From assembly GCA_049970895.1 (NCBI GenBank), contig JBMFMB010000006.1, positions 1 through 64,000 of the forward strand: 64,000 nt of DNA, read 5' to 3'. A model generated the notes under the pieces. That model was not told the origin of the DNA. It searched no databases and saw only the letters and a list, made by a program, of their open reading frames with translations. Positions 20,777 to 29,576 of this stretch are shown here, in pieces. A program made the translations under genes and the position numbers. Position 1 is the stretch's first letter, and each line of letters starts with the position of its first letter. This stretch comes from Candidatus Bathyarchaeia archaeon (GTDB lineage: Archaea > Thermoproteota > Bathyarchaeia > Bathyarchaeales > Bathycorpusculaceae).

Positions 20777-21547
20777 ATGCCAAAGAGGAACACACAAATG
20801 GCTTTAACAGTTCAGATGGAAGAGAAGCCGAAACTTGAAAACCCAATACTAATCGAGGGATTGCCCGGGATAGGCTTTGTAGCCAACATAGTGGCATTAC
20901 ACTTAATCCACGAACTGGAGGCGAAACGCTTTGCAAGAATTTTTTCGGCATCCTTTCAAGACTTGGCGGTAACAACAGAGGCTGGTGGCACCCGCTCCCC
21001 AATAAACGAGCTATACTATTATAAGAGTAAGGGAGAAGGCCGAGACTTGATTATTTGGTATGGCAACACCCAAGCCCTAACAACTTTTGGGCAGTATGAG
21101 CTTTGTGGAAAAGTTCTCGACATCGCCGAGGAGCTTGGATGCCGCTTTCTCATAACCATCGGAGGATTCAAACAAGAGGAGGTTAAGGAAACTCCAGAAA
21201 TCTACTGTGCAGCCTCAGACCCAGAAGCCTTGAAGGAGGCTTTAAACTTGGGTGCAAAAATTATGGTTGGTAACATTTTTGGAGTAGCTGGAATACTTAT
21301 AGGGCTTGGAAGCCTTAGAGGCTTTAAGGGCTTTTCGCTCTTGGTGGAGACTTTGGGCACTTATCCAGACGCAAATGCTGCTCGCTATGCGCTTTTAGCC
21401 CTAAACAAGTATCTGAACTTAAAAGTTGATCTGTCGAGGCTTGATGCTGCGGCGGAAAAGACAACGAAGATTTTGGAATCCTTCGGTTGGGTTAAAACCG
21501 TTAAGGAAGAAAAGAAAAGGGAAGAGCAGTTCCGCTGGTTTGTCTAA
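20777..21547 (+). CDS. Proteasome assembly chaperone PAC2 family
   Basis: LIEGLPGIGFVANI, ITIGG, ET..YPD..AA motifs. Confidence 0.9.
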   Translation: MPKRNTQMALTVQMEEKPKLENPILIEGLPGIGFVANIVALHLIHELEAKRFARIFSASFQDLAVTTEAGGTRSPINELYYYKSKGEGRDLIIWYGNTQALTTFGQYELCGKVLDIAEELGCRFLITIGGFKQEEVKETPEIYCAASDPEALKEALNLGAKIMVGNIFGVAGILIGLGSLRGFKGFSLLVETLGTYPDANAARYALLALNKYLNLKVDLSRLDAAAEKTTKILESFGWVKTVKEEKKREEQFRWFV

Positions 21548-21966
21548 CCCCTGGTTTCGCTGATAAACTGTTCATAGACCTTCTGCACTCTTTCAGCAGC
21601 CGGACCAGAGCCTTCAACAACGCCTTTTTCGGTTACTTTAACCTTGTCCATAACCCAGATGAAACCCTTATCCTCATAAAGCTTAACCATGGTTGGGAAA
21701 ACCCTTTCTAGACGTTCAGCCAAAGCCTTCAAGTCGAAGGGCTTTTCAACACTTAAAATTTGAGCGACAACATTACCGTTTAAGAAAACCCTATGGAGCT
21801 TTTTTCCCTCCTCGTCTTTCGCATCTGCTAGGCACAGGCTTAAATTGTCAGGATTAATCCCTATCAATGTTCCATTGTATGTTTTGCCAGCCGTTGTGGT
21901 AACAATTACAGTTTTGTCTATTAAGGCTGAAACTTCGGTGAAGAACCTCCTCTGAGCCACTGACAA
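21544..21966 (-). CDS. Sm-like protein with C-terminal domain (SmAP3/Lsm)
   Basis: Sm1/Sm2 motifs (GKTYNGTL...LADA...VFLNG) plus C-terminal FDL...GVVEGSGPAAERV domain. Confidence 0.88.
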   Translation of the reverse strand: MSVAQRRFFTEVSALIDKTVIVTTTAGKTYNGTLIGINPDNLSLCLADAKDEEGKKLHRVFLNGNVVAQILSVEKPFDLKALAERLERVFPTMVKLYEDKGFIWVMDKVKVTEKGVVEGSGPAAERVQKVYEQFISETRG

Positions 21967-22059
21967 TGCTTATCCTCCTCTACGTACACGTTATAAGAAC
22001 ACATATTTTAGAGTTTAACCCCGCACACAAGCATTATTTAGGTAAACGGCAAAATAGTT

Positions 22060-23127
22060 TTGGCGAGCGAAATGGGGGAGGTTGACAGGGAAAGGGAAGC
22101 CCTATACTCGAGGCTTAGTTCCATAGAATCCGACCTCTCAAGTGCCTTGGCAGCAATAAGCGATGTGGAAAGTAAATTTGCCCGCATCGACGGAGCCACG
22201 GCTTCTCTTCCAAGTAGGCTTATAACCGTTCGTGGGCGCAGCTACGCTGCCATGGGGCATCTTGAAAAAAGCATTGAGCTTTTTACCAAAAAGTGGATGG
22301 AGGTTTCCCAAACAATAAAGCAGAACTTTTACAGCAACATCCAACCATTAACGGGTCAGATTCGCGCGCTCCAGGCTGAGGTTCAGAGGCTAAAGACTGG
22401 TGCAAGTTTCGGCGGAACGGTTTTCGGCTGGGCTTCGGTGGGGCGTCTCTCAGCCGAAGCCTCAACTTTGAGGGCACGTGTTGCTGCTGAAACAGCCAAG
22501 ATTAACGCTTCCCTCGGCGAGTTTTTGGGAAGCATAGACGCCATAGACAGAGACCTAAAAATAGCTGAAAAAACCATGGAACTCTTCTCCCTAGCGTGTT
22601 TTCCACTAAGGCCCGGGGAAAGCCCAGTACTAGCCATTGAAGGGAAAATTATGACTAAGGAAAAATGCGATGGAACATTATACTTCACAAATCAGAGGTT
22701 CATCTTCGAGGGGAAGAAGGAAGTTGTTCTCGAAAAGAGGCTTTTCATAGCCACCAAAAAGAAGACGGAACGCACAGTGCTAATAGAACAGCCCATAGGG
22801 GCACTTCAAGAAATCTCAAAAGGGAGGGTTGGGCTAATAGCGTGGACAGGCGTTTACATTCGATTTAAGCCAGAACGCGGATTGGAGGAAACACCCTTCG
22901 ACGTTAAGGATTGGGAGGCCGACGTGATAACAAGGTTCTTCCAATACATTATAGGTGGCGAAGCGGATAGGGACATAGCAATGATAAGGGGAATAACTCC
23001 TAAAGAGGCGCCGACAATAAGGGTTATCCGTTGCCCAAACTGTGGGGCACCATACACGAAGGAAATTTACAAGGGGCAGACGTCTGTACAGTGCGAATAC
23101 TGCGGAACCGCCATAATGATCGGCTAA
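22060..23127 (+). CDS. Hypothetical protein: coiled coil, PH/GRAM-like domain and C-terminal zinc ribbon
   Basis: Heptad-rich N-terminus, GTLYFTNQRFIF motif, CPNCGA...CEYCG. Confidence 0.7.
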   Translation: MASEMGEVDREREALYSRLSSIESDLSSALAAISDVESKFARIDGATASLPSRLITVRGRSYAAMGHLEKSIELFTKKWMEVSQTIKQNFYSNIQPLTGQIRALQAEVQRLKTGASFGGTVFGWASVGRLSAEASTLRARVAAETAKINASLGEFLGSIDAIDRDLKIAEKTMELFSLACFPLRPGESPVLAIEGKIMTKEKCDGTLYFTNQRFIFEGKKEVVLEKRLFIATKKKTERTVLIEQPIGALQEISKGRVGLIAWTGVYIRFKPERGLEETPFDVKDWEADVITRFFQYIIGGEADRDIAMIRGITPKEAPTIRVIRCPNCGAPYTKEIYKGQTSVQCEYCGTAIMIG

Positions 23128-23137
23128 ACCGCTTAAA

Positions 23138-24415
23138 TCAGCCCATTCTCTTTTCTTCTAGGCTTTGCTTTAGGAATACAGCAGTGTTCGACGGCAAGTC
23201 ACGTTTAACTATGACGTTTGGGCCAATCCAACAGTTGTTTCCAACCTTTACGCCGGGCATTAAGAGTGCACCTATCCCTGTTTTAACATCGTCCCCGAGA
23301 ACTGCGCCCAGCTTTGTTCTTCCAGTGTCCACAAGTCTATCCTTAACCATCATTTTTATTGTTCCAGCGTCAAGCCGATAGTTGGCTGTTATTGTTCCAG
23401 CGCCCAAGTTGCATTTTTCACCAATTATGCTATCTCCAACATAGGACAAGTGTCCAATGTGCACTCCATCCATAATTATGCTGTTCTTTATCTCACAAGC
23501 ATTTCCTATCCGCACGTTTTTGCCAATACTTGTGCATGGTCTTATGTAACAGTTGGGCCCCACATCGCTATGCTCACCTATATAGGCTGGACCTTCAATG
23601 TAAGCTCCAGAACGTATGCGTGCACTTTCAGCAACGGTTACCGGGCCAATTATGTAGGCGCCTTCCTCAACGTTTCCAAGAACATTGTGCTCCATCCTCG
23701 TGAGCGCCCAACGATTAGCCTCAAGCAAATCCCAAGGTCTACCTATGTCAAACCACTCATCCTTCGGAATTTCTATGGCAAAAACCGGTTTCTCCTCCTT
23801 GAGGAGGAGTTGGATGGCATCTGTTATTTCCCATTCGCCCCTTGAAGAAACCGATATCCTCTTAACTTTTTCAAAAATTTCGGTGGAAAAAACGTAAAGC
23901 CCAGCATTAGCCAAGTTTGTTGGCGCCTCCTCTCTGCGGGGCTTTTCAATTATGCGCTTCACTTCTCCATCATCTTTAAGCTCAACTATGCCATAATCCT
24001 CTGGACGCTCAACGGGCACCACGGAAAGCGTTGCAGAGGGCTTCTTACGGTTGTGGGTTTCCAGAACTCTTCTGAGGGCTTCTGCTGTGAATAGTAAGTC
24101 GCCATAGACCAGCAGAAAGTCCCCATCAACATATGGTTCGGCAATGCCAGCAGCGTTCCCAGTTCCAAGAACCCCCCTCTGATAGGCGTATTCAATTTTT
24201 AGCCCCAGTTTTTCTCCAGAACCGAAATATTTGCGGATGACATCAGCCATATAATGCACAACTATCACGATTTCGCTTATTCCACAAGCCTTAATGGCAG
24301 TTAAACAATGCTCAAGGATGGGCTTTCCGCCAACACTGATTAAGTGTTTGGGACGGGTCAAAGTGATGGGCTGAAGCCTTACGCCTTCGCCAGCAGCTAA
24401 AACAACAGCCTTCAC
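23138..24415 (-). CDS. glmU: Bifunctional sugar-1-phosphate nucleotidyltransferase/acetyltransferase
   Basis: LAAGEGVRL..PK, RGEWEITD, left-handed beta-helix repeats and HLSYVGDS; follows glmM. Confidence 0.9.
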   Translation of the reverse strand: MKAVVLAAGEGVRLQPITLTRPKHLISVGGKPILEHCLTAIKACGISEIVIVVHYMADVIRKYFGSGEKLGLKIEYAYQRGVLGTGNAAGIAEPYVDGDFLLVYGDLLFTAEALRRVLETHNRKKPSATLSVVPVERPEDYGIVELKDDGEVKRIIEKPRREEAPTNLANAGLYVFSTEIFEKVKRISVSSRGEWEITDAIQLLLKEEKPVFAIEIPKDEWFDIGRPWDLLEANRWALTRMEHNVLGNVEEGAYIIGPVTVAESARIRSGAYIEGPAYIGEHSDVGPNCYIRPCTSIGKNVRIGNACEIKNSIIMDGVHIGHLSYVGDSIIGEKCNLGAGTITANYRLDAGTIKMMVKDRLVDTGRTKLGAVLGDDVKTGIGALLMPGVKVGNNCWIGPNVIVKRDLPSNTAVFLKQSLEEKRMG

Positions 24416-25773
24416 TTTCCCAAATCCCCCAAAGCCCTTTTAACAGCGGCTAAAGCCCTATCCATTATTGCTTCAGCAGTCTTTAAAGATTCACCTTCCA
24501 CAGTCAGCCTTATCAAAGGCTCTGTGCCAGAAGCTCTAACCAAAACCCAACCATCCTCAAGGGACAAGCGGACGCCATCAGCGGTTGAAATCTGTCTATA
24601 ATCCGGAAAAACCCTTTGCAGCAATTCTTCAGTCCTTTTAATAACCGCATGCTTTACCTCATTCTTACAATGAATGTTCTTTCTAATAATTGGGTATGAT
24701 GGAACATCAGCAACAAACTCTGAAAGGCTCTTGCCCTCATCCTCTAACGCCCTCAATAAGAGCGCCGAGGAAAGAATTCCGTCTGGACAATAGTGGTGTT
24801 TTGGGTGTATCCATGCACCGCACGGCTCGCCGCCAAAAACAGCCCTAAACTTTTTAACAGCCTCAGCAACATAAACATCCCCAACCCTGGTTCTGACAAC
24901 TTTCCCGCCCAAAGGCTCAACCATTTTCTCAAGACACATGGAAGCCTCAACATTTGTAACAACAGTACCGCCGCCACCCTTCTTTAAAACATAAGCTGCA
25001 TATGCCGCCAAAACTCTGTCAAAATCCACGATGACGCCCTTCTCATCTATGAAGGCAGCTCTATCGCCGTCCCCATCATAGGCTATTCCAACATCAGCCC
25101 CAAGCCCTCTAACAATTTTTGATAATGGCTTTAAGGACTCGGCATTCGGTTCTGGGCTTCTGGATGGGAAGAAGCCGTCGGGTTGGCTGTTTACGGCTTT
25201 AACCTCACATCCCAGATTTTGGAAAATTTTTTCTGCAATATGGCTTGTGGCTCCACAGCCAGGGTCAACCACAACCCGCCACTTCTCGCCAAGCCTTACA
25301 CTTTTCAACACCATATCCATGTATAATTGGCTTTTATCGCTATATTCGACTCTGCCGAGGTTCCGCCAATCCACAAGCCCAAAATCCCCACAGTCAATAA
25401 TTTTTTCAAGCTTCTCCAGCCGCTTTTCGTCATACGCCATACCATCCCCGTCGAAGATTTTTATCCCATTGTATTGGGGTGGGTTATGGGAAGCGGTAAC
25501 CATCAAACCAGCATCAGCCCACAGTTGCCTCGTCAAATAAGCTAGAACTGGTGTGGGCAGAACACCCAAGCAATAGGCGTCTATTCCACAAGCCATTAAA
25601 CCAGAAACCAAAGCGTCCTCAAACATTAAACCAGAATTCCTCGTGTCCCTAGCTAAAAGAACCTCACCAGCTCCGATGAAAGTGCCCAAAGCCATCCCAA
25701 CCCTAACAGCCAGGCTGGGGGTTAAATCTGCACTAACCAAACCCCTTAAGCCAGAAGTGCCAAACAGCCCCAT
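24412..25773 (-). CDS. glmM: Phosphoglucosamine mutase / phosphohexomutase
   Basis: FGTSG, TASHNP, DGDGDR, GGE and RASGTEP motifs. Confidence 0.9.
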   Translation of the reverse strand: MGLFGTSGLRGLVSADLTPSLAVRVGMALGTFIGAGEVLLARDTRNSGLMFEDALVSGLMACGIDAYCLGVLPTPVLAYLTRQLWADAGLMVTASHNPPQYNGIKIFDGDGMAYDEKRLEKLEKIIDCGDFGLVDWRNLGRVEYSDKSQLYMDMVLKSVRLGEKWRVVVDPGCGATSHIAEKIFQNLGCEVKAVNSQPDGFFPSRSPEPNAESLKPLSKIVRGLGADVGIAYDGDGDRAAFIDEKGVIVDFDRVLAAYAAYVLKKGGGGTVVTNVEASMCLEKMVEPLGGKVVRTRVGDVYVAEAVKKFRAVFGGEPCGAWIHPKHHYCPDGILSSALLLRALEDEGKSLSEFVADVPSYPIIRKNIHCKNEVKHAVIKRTEELLQRVFPDYRQISTADGVRLSLEDGWVLVRASGTEPLIRLTVEGESLKTAEAIMDRALAAVKRALGDLGK

Positions 25774-25849
25774 AGAACACACCTAACATAAACTTCCAAC
25801 CATAATTGACCAAAGCAACTATAAAAGTTTAACAAAGCCTCATTGGAAG

Positions 25850-25954
25850 TGGGCCGGACCGGATTTGAACCGGTGACCTTCGCCGCGTGAGGGCGACGTC
25901 CCTAGGCCTCAACATTCTCGCTTTATCATTGTTAGCCAGCTAGACTACCGGCCC
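25850..25954 (-). tRNA. tRNA-Val(CAC) with a ~31-nt D-loop intron (about 25902-25932)
   Basis: Acceptor GGGCCGG/CCGGCCC, anticodon arm TCGCC-CTCACGC-GGCGA, T arm ACCGG-TTCAAAT-CCGGT. Removing 31 nt restores the D arm GTCT-AGCTGGCTA-GGAC. Confidence 0.92.
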
Positions 25955-26049
25955 AAATTCAAAATGCTTCATCCTAATCCATAAATCTTTCTAAACCTAA
26001 AAAGCCAGATAGGGAGGGGTTAAACAGTTTATCCTTATCGCTGTTTTCC

Positions 26050-26280
26050 TTATTGTCCTTCTTGGATAACTATGCTTTTAAGCTCTTTCACCCAAGGAAT
26101 TGAAACAGCATCTTCTTGAAACCACTCAACAAGCTGTTGTTTAATAACGTCGTTTCTCTCCTCAACTGTCTCATCCACTAACTCAACAACTATAACAGCC
26201 AATTTGCGCTTTATCCTCAACACCTCTTTTATTGCTACAAAAAATGTGTGAACGCGTGACGCGTTTAGCCCAGGTAACAT
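26050..26280 (-). CDS. Small hypothetical protein
   Basis: Globular-looking ORF between two tRNAs; true start probably downstream near the GAGG motif. Confidence 0.55.
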   Translation of the reverse strand: MLPGLNASRVHTFFVAIKEVLRIKRKLAVIVVELVDETVEERNDVIKQQLVEWFQEDAVSIPWVKELKSIVIQEGQ

Positions 26281-26510
26281 TGTTTTTTATATGCGTTTTT
26301 AGGCGGGTAAAATTTTGGGAGGGATGATGGAGGCCTTCTCCCTTTCTCCCTTCTGGCTGGGTTATTTTTACTTTGAATTTTTATAAATGGCTTACTGTTG
26401 TTGTTGGTATATATCCCCTTTCAAAATATGATTGTTTGGGAGTTTATTTCATGCATGGAAACTTGGCTTTTAAGCTCTTAATCGAACATTTTGTTGGAGA
26501 GGTTTAGGGG

Positions 26511-26639
26511 ATGTTTGAGGAGATGGTTTCAGAAGCAGTTAAAATGTTGCTGTTTATCTTCTGGACCACGCTGGCTTTCGCCATAATTTGGGGCGCCCTC
26601 TGGCTTAGGGTTTGTAAAAAGTCTAAGTGGTATGGCTAA
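26511..26639 (+). CDS. Putative 42-aa single-pass membrane protein (below ORF-track cutoff)
   Basis: MFEEMVSEAVKMLLFIFWTTLAFAIIWGALWLRVCKKSKWYG; purine-rich RBS-like GGAGAGG upstream; one TM helix with basic tail. Confidence 0.5.
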   Translation: MFEEMVSEAVKMLLFIFWTTLAFAIIWGALWLRVCKKSKWYG

Positions 26640-26643
26640 ACCA

Positions 26644-26657
26644 CGAAACATATAAAT
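26644..26657 (+). promoter_or_regulatory. BRE/TATA promoter of tRNA-Tyr
   Basis: CGAAACATATAAAT about 30 nt upstream of the tRNA 5' end. Confidence 0.6.
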
Positions 26658-26684
26658 CAGTTTTATTCCACTAGAATTTATTTG

Positions 26685-26866
26685 CGGGCGGTAGCTCAGC
26701 TTGGTAGAGCTTCCGAGCCTGCTAGCGGCGACTAGCAGGCGGAGATGCTGTAGGCGTCCACCATAGGCGGCATTTGCCGTTCTGGTGGGCGTCACCCAGC
26801 CTACCAAGCGTACATTTGGGTGCAGAAACCGGAGTGTCGCAGGTTCAAATCCTGCCCGCCCGACCA
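26685..26866 (+). tRNA. tRNA-Tyr(GTA) with two introns: 30/31 (26716-26746, 31 nt) and 37/38 (26754-26827, 74 nt)
   Basis: C1:G72 acceptor CGGGCGG/CCGCCCG-A-CCA. Splicing restores TCCGG-CTGTAGA-CCGGA. BHB central helices are CTTC/GGAG and CTGT/GCAG with 3-nt bulges. Confidence 0.93.
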
Positions 26867-27149
26867 CCACTTTTAACGAAATCATAGGGTTTTCAGCCTT
26901 CTATTTTCGCAGAAAATTAAGTGCCCCATTGAAAATTTAATGTTATTCTGGGATGAGGGTTGAGTTCTCCGTGGAAATATCAAGGGTGACAACCTTAACT
27001 CTACTTAATTTTTCTGACAATAATTTTGTGTAGATATTGTCAGTTTCCCTTTCCGTATCAGTCTCAAGGATAACTGAAATGTTGTCGAGAGTGAGGCTCC
27101 GATAAAAGGAGACTAAGGAAAAATAGGAAAATGGGTGATAATTTAGTGT

Positions 27150-27795
27150 TCGTTATGCTTCTTTTTTGTTTTTGCTACAATAAGTGTTGTTATCGTTATT
27201 AATGCTGCAGCATCAAGCTTGGGGATAGTTCTAGGACTATTGTTACTTCTTTGGTTGAGTGCTGGTATTGAAAGTATATGTACGTGGCTCCCGATGTCCA
27301 GTTCCGCATGTAAAGGGGCTCCTGATTGTTTACTAAGACTTTGTAGTTGTTTTGCTACAAGCCGCTGACGATAATGTTTGGTATGTCAACTCTGCAGAAC
27401 CTACTCCCGCGTCTCCGGGTATATTGAAATTTATTTGGAAAGCAGATATTGAAGAGTTGCTTATGACTGAAATCTCTTGGTCGGTATTGGGCCAAATTGC
27501 ACTTCAAAATAGTTACATGGATTTGCAGTAATATTAACAACTGCGTCGACGACACCGTCTCCTTCGATAATTGCTTCTCCCTCCCCAACAAGAAATACGG
27601 CCTTGTTCACAACAATATGCGAGTAGGAACCGCCACAACATGAATAACGTCTCCGGGATTCGCCACGTTTATGGCCGCCTGTATCGTTGAGTAATCGTAT
27701 GGAACCCGAATGTCGCCAGGATGAGCATCAACTAGTTTAAGCCTAAAAGCAAACATTAGAACACATAATAAAAGTTTTTCAATTTTTTACTACCA
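27150..27795 (-). pseudogene. Decayed NosD/parallel beta-helix surface protein with PEF-CTERM-like anchor
   Basis: Hand translation gives a signal-like segment, then IRVPYDYSTIQAAINVANPGDVIHV, several frameshifts, and TYIYFQYQHSTKEVTIVLEL with hydrophobic and basic tail. Boundaries approximate. Confidence 0.7.
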
Positions 27796-27920
27796 AAATC
27801 TATCATTCACGCGTCCTTTAATAAGCTTTGGTTAACATGATGACACAATATCCAATTCAACGAATTAAAAATTGCTAAAATTCTTATAGTTGTTTTTCTG
27901 GAAATGTATTTGTGGTTTGT

Positions 27921-28331
27921 ATGGAGAGGTTTAAGTTTCCAAGCGAGGAGTGGATTAAAGCCTACAAAGAAGAGCTTAACAAGAATGAGGCTTATGCTGA
28001 AGCTGCCAAGGACTGGGAAGGCGATTTCCTCTTCATAGTAACCCCAGACGAGGGCTTGGAAAAGGAGATGGTTTTTTACGTGGATCTTTGGCATGGGAAG
28101 TGCCGCGAAGCCTACATGTTGCCCAGCAGGGAGGCTAAAACTGCTGAGTTTGTCTATGAAGGGCCATACTCGAACTGGAAGAAGCTTATAATGGGACAGC
28201 TAGACCCCATCCAAAGTTTGCTCATGCGGAAGTTCAAGCTGAAGGGGAACATGGCCAAAATTATGCGGTACACTAAGGCTGCTTCGGAGCTTGTGAAAAC
28301 AGCCAGCAAAGTCCCAACAGAGTTTATTTAG
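27921..28331 (+). CDS. SCP2 sterol/lipid-binding domain protein
   Basis: FPSEEW...WEGDF...G.Y.NW...LDPIQ...KLKGNM pattern. Confidence 0.85.
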   Translation: MERFKFPSEEWIKAYKEELNKNEAYAEAAKDWEGDFLFIVTPDEGLEKEMVFYVDLWHGKCREAYMLPSREAKTAEFVYEGPYSNWKKLIMGQLDPIQSLLMRKFKLKGNMAKIMRYTKAASELVKTASKVPTEFI

Positions 28332-28345
28332 AGGCTCTGATCTTA

Positions 28346-29512
28346 ATGTGGGAGTTTACATCCCCCAAATCCATAGTTTTCGGTGAGGGCGCACTCGAAT
28401 ATTTGAGGGAGATCGAAGGCAGAAAAGCGTTAATAGTAACAGACAAGGTAATCCGCGATTTGGGCTTCGTCGAAAAAGTTGCAAACCACCTTATAGATGC
28501 AGGATTAAGCATAGAAATCTTCGATGAAGTGGAGCCCGAGCCTTCAAAGGAAACAATAACAAAATGTGCAAAACATGCGGAACTTTTTGAACCGGACTGG
28601 ATTGTTGGGTTAGGCGGTGGAAGTTGCATTGACGCGGCTAAGGCTTCGTGGGCGCTATACGAAAGGTCAGACATTCAAATTGACGAGATAAGCCCATTAC
28701 AGAAGCTTGGCTTAAGGAAGAAGGCGAAGCTTATAGCGATTCCAACCACAAGTGGGACGGGGTCTGAGGCCACATGGGCAATAGTCATCACCGACACGAA
28801 GGAGAGGAGGAAGATGGAGCTCGCCTCAAAAGAGCTTGTTGCCGACATTGTTATCCTTGACCCCCAGTTTCCCTTAACCATGCCAAAGAGGCTTGTGGCT
28901 GACACCGGAGTTGATGCACTTGTAAATGCGTTAGAGGCTTATATCTCACAGTGGCGAAACTATTTTTCAGACTTTCTGGCCATAAACGCCGTGCGAGCCA
29001 TTTTCAAGCATCTTCCAAGGTCTTACAGCAACAGCCAAGACAAGGAAGCAAAGGAGAATATGCATTATGCAGCCACCATAGCGGGACTTGCCTTCAGCAA
29101 CTCCCAAATATGTGTTGCCCATGCCATGGGCCACGCTTTGGGCGCCTTATTCAAAATTTCCCACGGCAGAAGCGTGGCCGCGGTCTTAACATTTGCAGTT
29201 GAGTATATGGCGAAAGAGGCGATGGAAAGGTTTGGAGCCCTTGCCGATGCTGTTGGAATAAAGGCGGAAACAGGCAAGGAAGCCTTGGAAAAGTTTGTCC
29301 AAGCCTTAAAGAGGCTTTTGAAGGATGTTGATGAGCCAACTTCAATAAGGGAGTTGGGAATAAACTGGAGCGATTTCCAAAGCGAGCTTGATAATCTTGT
29401 GGAAAGAGCTTTGGGTTCCACTGGCACAATAGCAAGCCCAAGAGTCCCAACAGCAGAAGATTACAGAAGGCTGTTTGTCTACGCATATGAAGGGAAAACA
29501 GTGGACTTCTAG
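28346..29512 (+). CDS. Iron-containing alcohol dehydrogenase
   Basis: GGGSCIDAAK, PTTSGTGSE, DAL and HAMGH...HG metal ligands. Confidence 0.93.
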   Translation: MWEFTSPKSIVFGEGALEYLREIEGRKALIVTDKVIRDLGFVEKVANHLIDAGLSIEIFDEVEPEPSKETITKCAKHAELFEPDWIVGLGGGSCIDAAKASWALYERSDIQIDEISPLQKLGLRKKAKLIAIPTTSGTGSEATWAIVITDTKERRKMELASKELVADIVILDPQFPLTMPKRLVADTGVDALVNALEAYISQWRNYFSDFLAINAVRAIFKHLPRSYSNSQDKEAKENMHYAATIAGLAFSNSQICVAHAMGHALGALFKISHGRSVAAVLTFAVEYMAKEAMERFGALADAVGIKAETGKEALEKFVQALKRLLKDVDEPTSIRELGINWSDFQSELDNLVERALGSTGTIASPRVPTAEDYRRLFVYAYEGKTVDF

Positions 29513-29576
29513 ATAGGCACCTCTTTCCCTTTTTCTTTATTCGTGGCGTGTTAAAAAATGGAAGGTTTAGTGATGT

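Noticed and set aside
26529-26885. 118-aa minus-strand ORF
   Set aside because: Antisense to the tRNA-Tyr gene; no protein features.
27838-27900. C/D box sRNA starting at ATGATGA
   Set aside because: No CTGA D box at a suitable distance.
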